A stretch of 60,121 nt of DNA, filler included, from Sphacelaria rigidula (Eukaryota): the NCBI GenBank assembly GCA_964200075.2. It is 2 parts of 2 records of this genome, joined end to end, with 100 filler letters (N's around TTAATTAATTAA, not from the genome) between each part and the next. Parts side by side here need not be neighbours in the genome. Positions count along the whole stretch, not along the records: positions 30,124 to 60,121 come from CAXNAA020000070.1; 1 more part is not named here. The stretch is one strand, 5' to 3'. Position numbers and translations under genes: made by a program. Positions 59,984 through 60,121 of this stretch are shown here, in pieces. Below the pieces are notes generated by a model. That model made no database searches. It saw only the letters and a program-made list of their open reading frames with translations, and had not been told where the DNA came from. Each line of letters begins with the position of its first letter. Within the stretch, counting starts at the first letter, position 1.

Positions 59984-60056
59984 CGCTCCGGTGGCTCAGT
60001 TGGTAACCTCGTAACCTTCTGATGGTGGTGAGTAGTGGGGCTCGATTCCCGGAGAT
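59984..60056 (+). mobile_element. tRNA-derived SINE head or tRNA pseudogene
   Basis: A box TGGCTCAGTTGG (59992-60003), B-box-like GGCTCGATTCCC (60039-60050), CTCCGG/CCGGAG complementary ends; no convincing anticodon arm. Confidence 0.6.
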
Positions 60057-60121
60057 ATCTGGAATATTTTCTCACACCATGCTCAACAGTGGAGAGCGAC
60101 TTTGTCGTTGGTACATAAAGT

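Noticed and set aside
59984-60056. Functional tRNA gene
   Set aside because: A and B boxes are present but the T-loop is mutated (GGCTCGA) and no proper anticodon arm can be drawn.

Overview
Eukaryotic, intron-rich genomic DNA, most consistent with a brown alga/photosynthetic stramenopile (inferred from GT-AG introns, a bipartite signal+AF plastid-targeting leader, CCCTAA repeats and gene content). Genes: (1) a ~23-kb, ~21-exon neurobeachin/LRBA-type BEACH gene (+, 518-23769) that uses a GC-AG intron; (2) a complete 4-exon plastid-targeted NAD(P)-binding atypical SDR (-, 25413-28686), head-to-head with (3) the first exon of a PFA-DSP/Siw14-type phosphatase that is cut off by an artificial 100-bp scaffold linker (N44-TTAATTAATTAA-N44); (4) the 3' part of a gene with a duplicated 4xCBS module, PB1 and a C-terminal TM anchor (+, 30697-42117), possibly a class-29 myosin tail; (5) a multi-exon gene of unknown function (-, ~43490-50457). 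Introns and the right-hand intergenic region are full of non-autonomous elements: a TA-flanked TIR family (CGAGCTGGGCCAG..) with at least three different interiors, hAT-type MITEs, LINE 3' ends, a tRNA-derived SINE head and probable DIRS-like relics. The most notable non-coding structures are a ~265-nt intronic foldback resembling a miRNA precursor, and a triple array of ~250-nt CAG/CTG-stem hairpin units nested several layers deep inside a transposon in a BEACH-gene intron. Exon boundaries were deduced by eye; a few are approximate.
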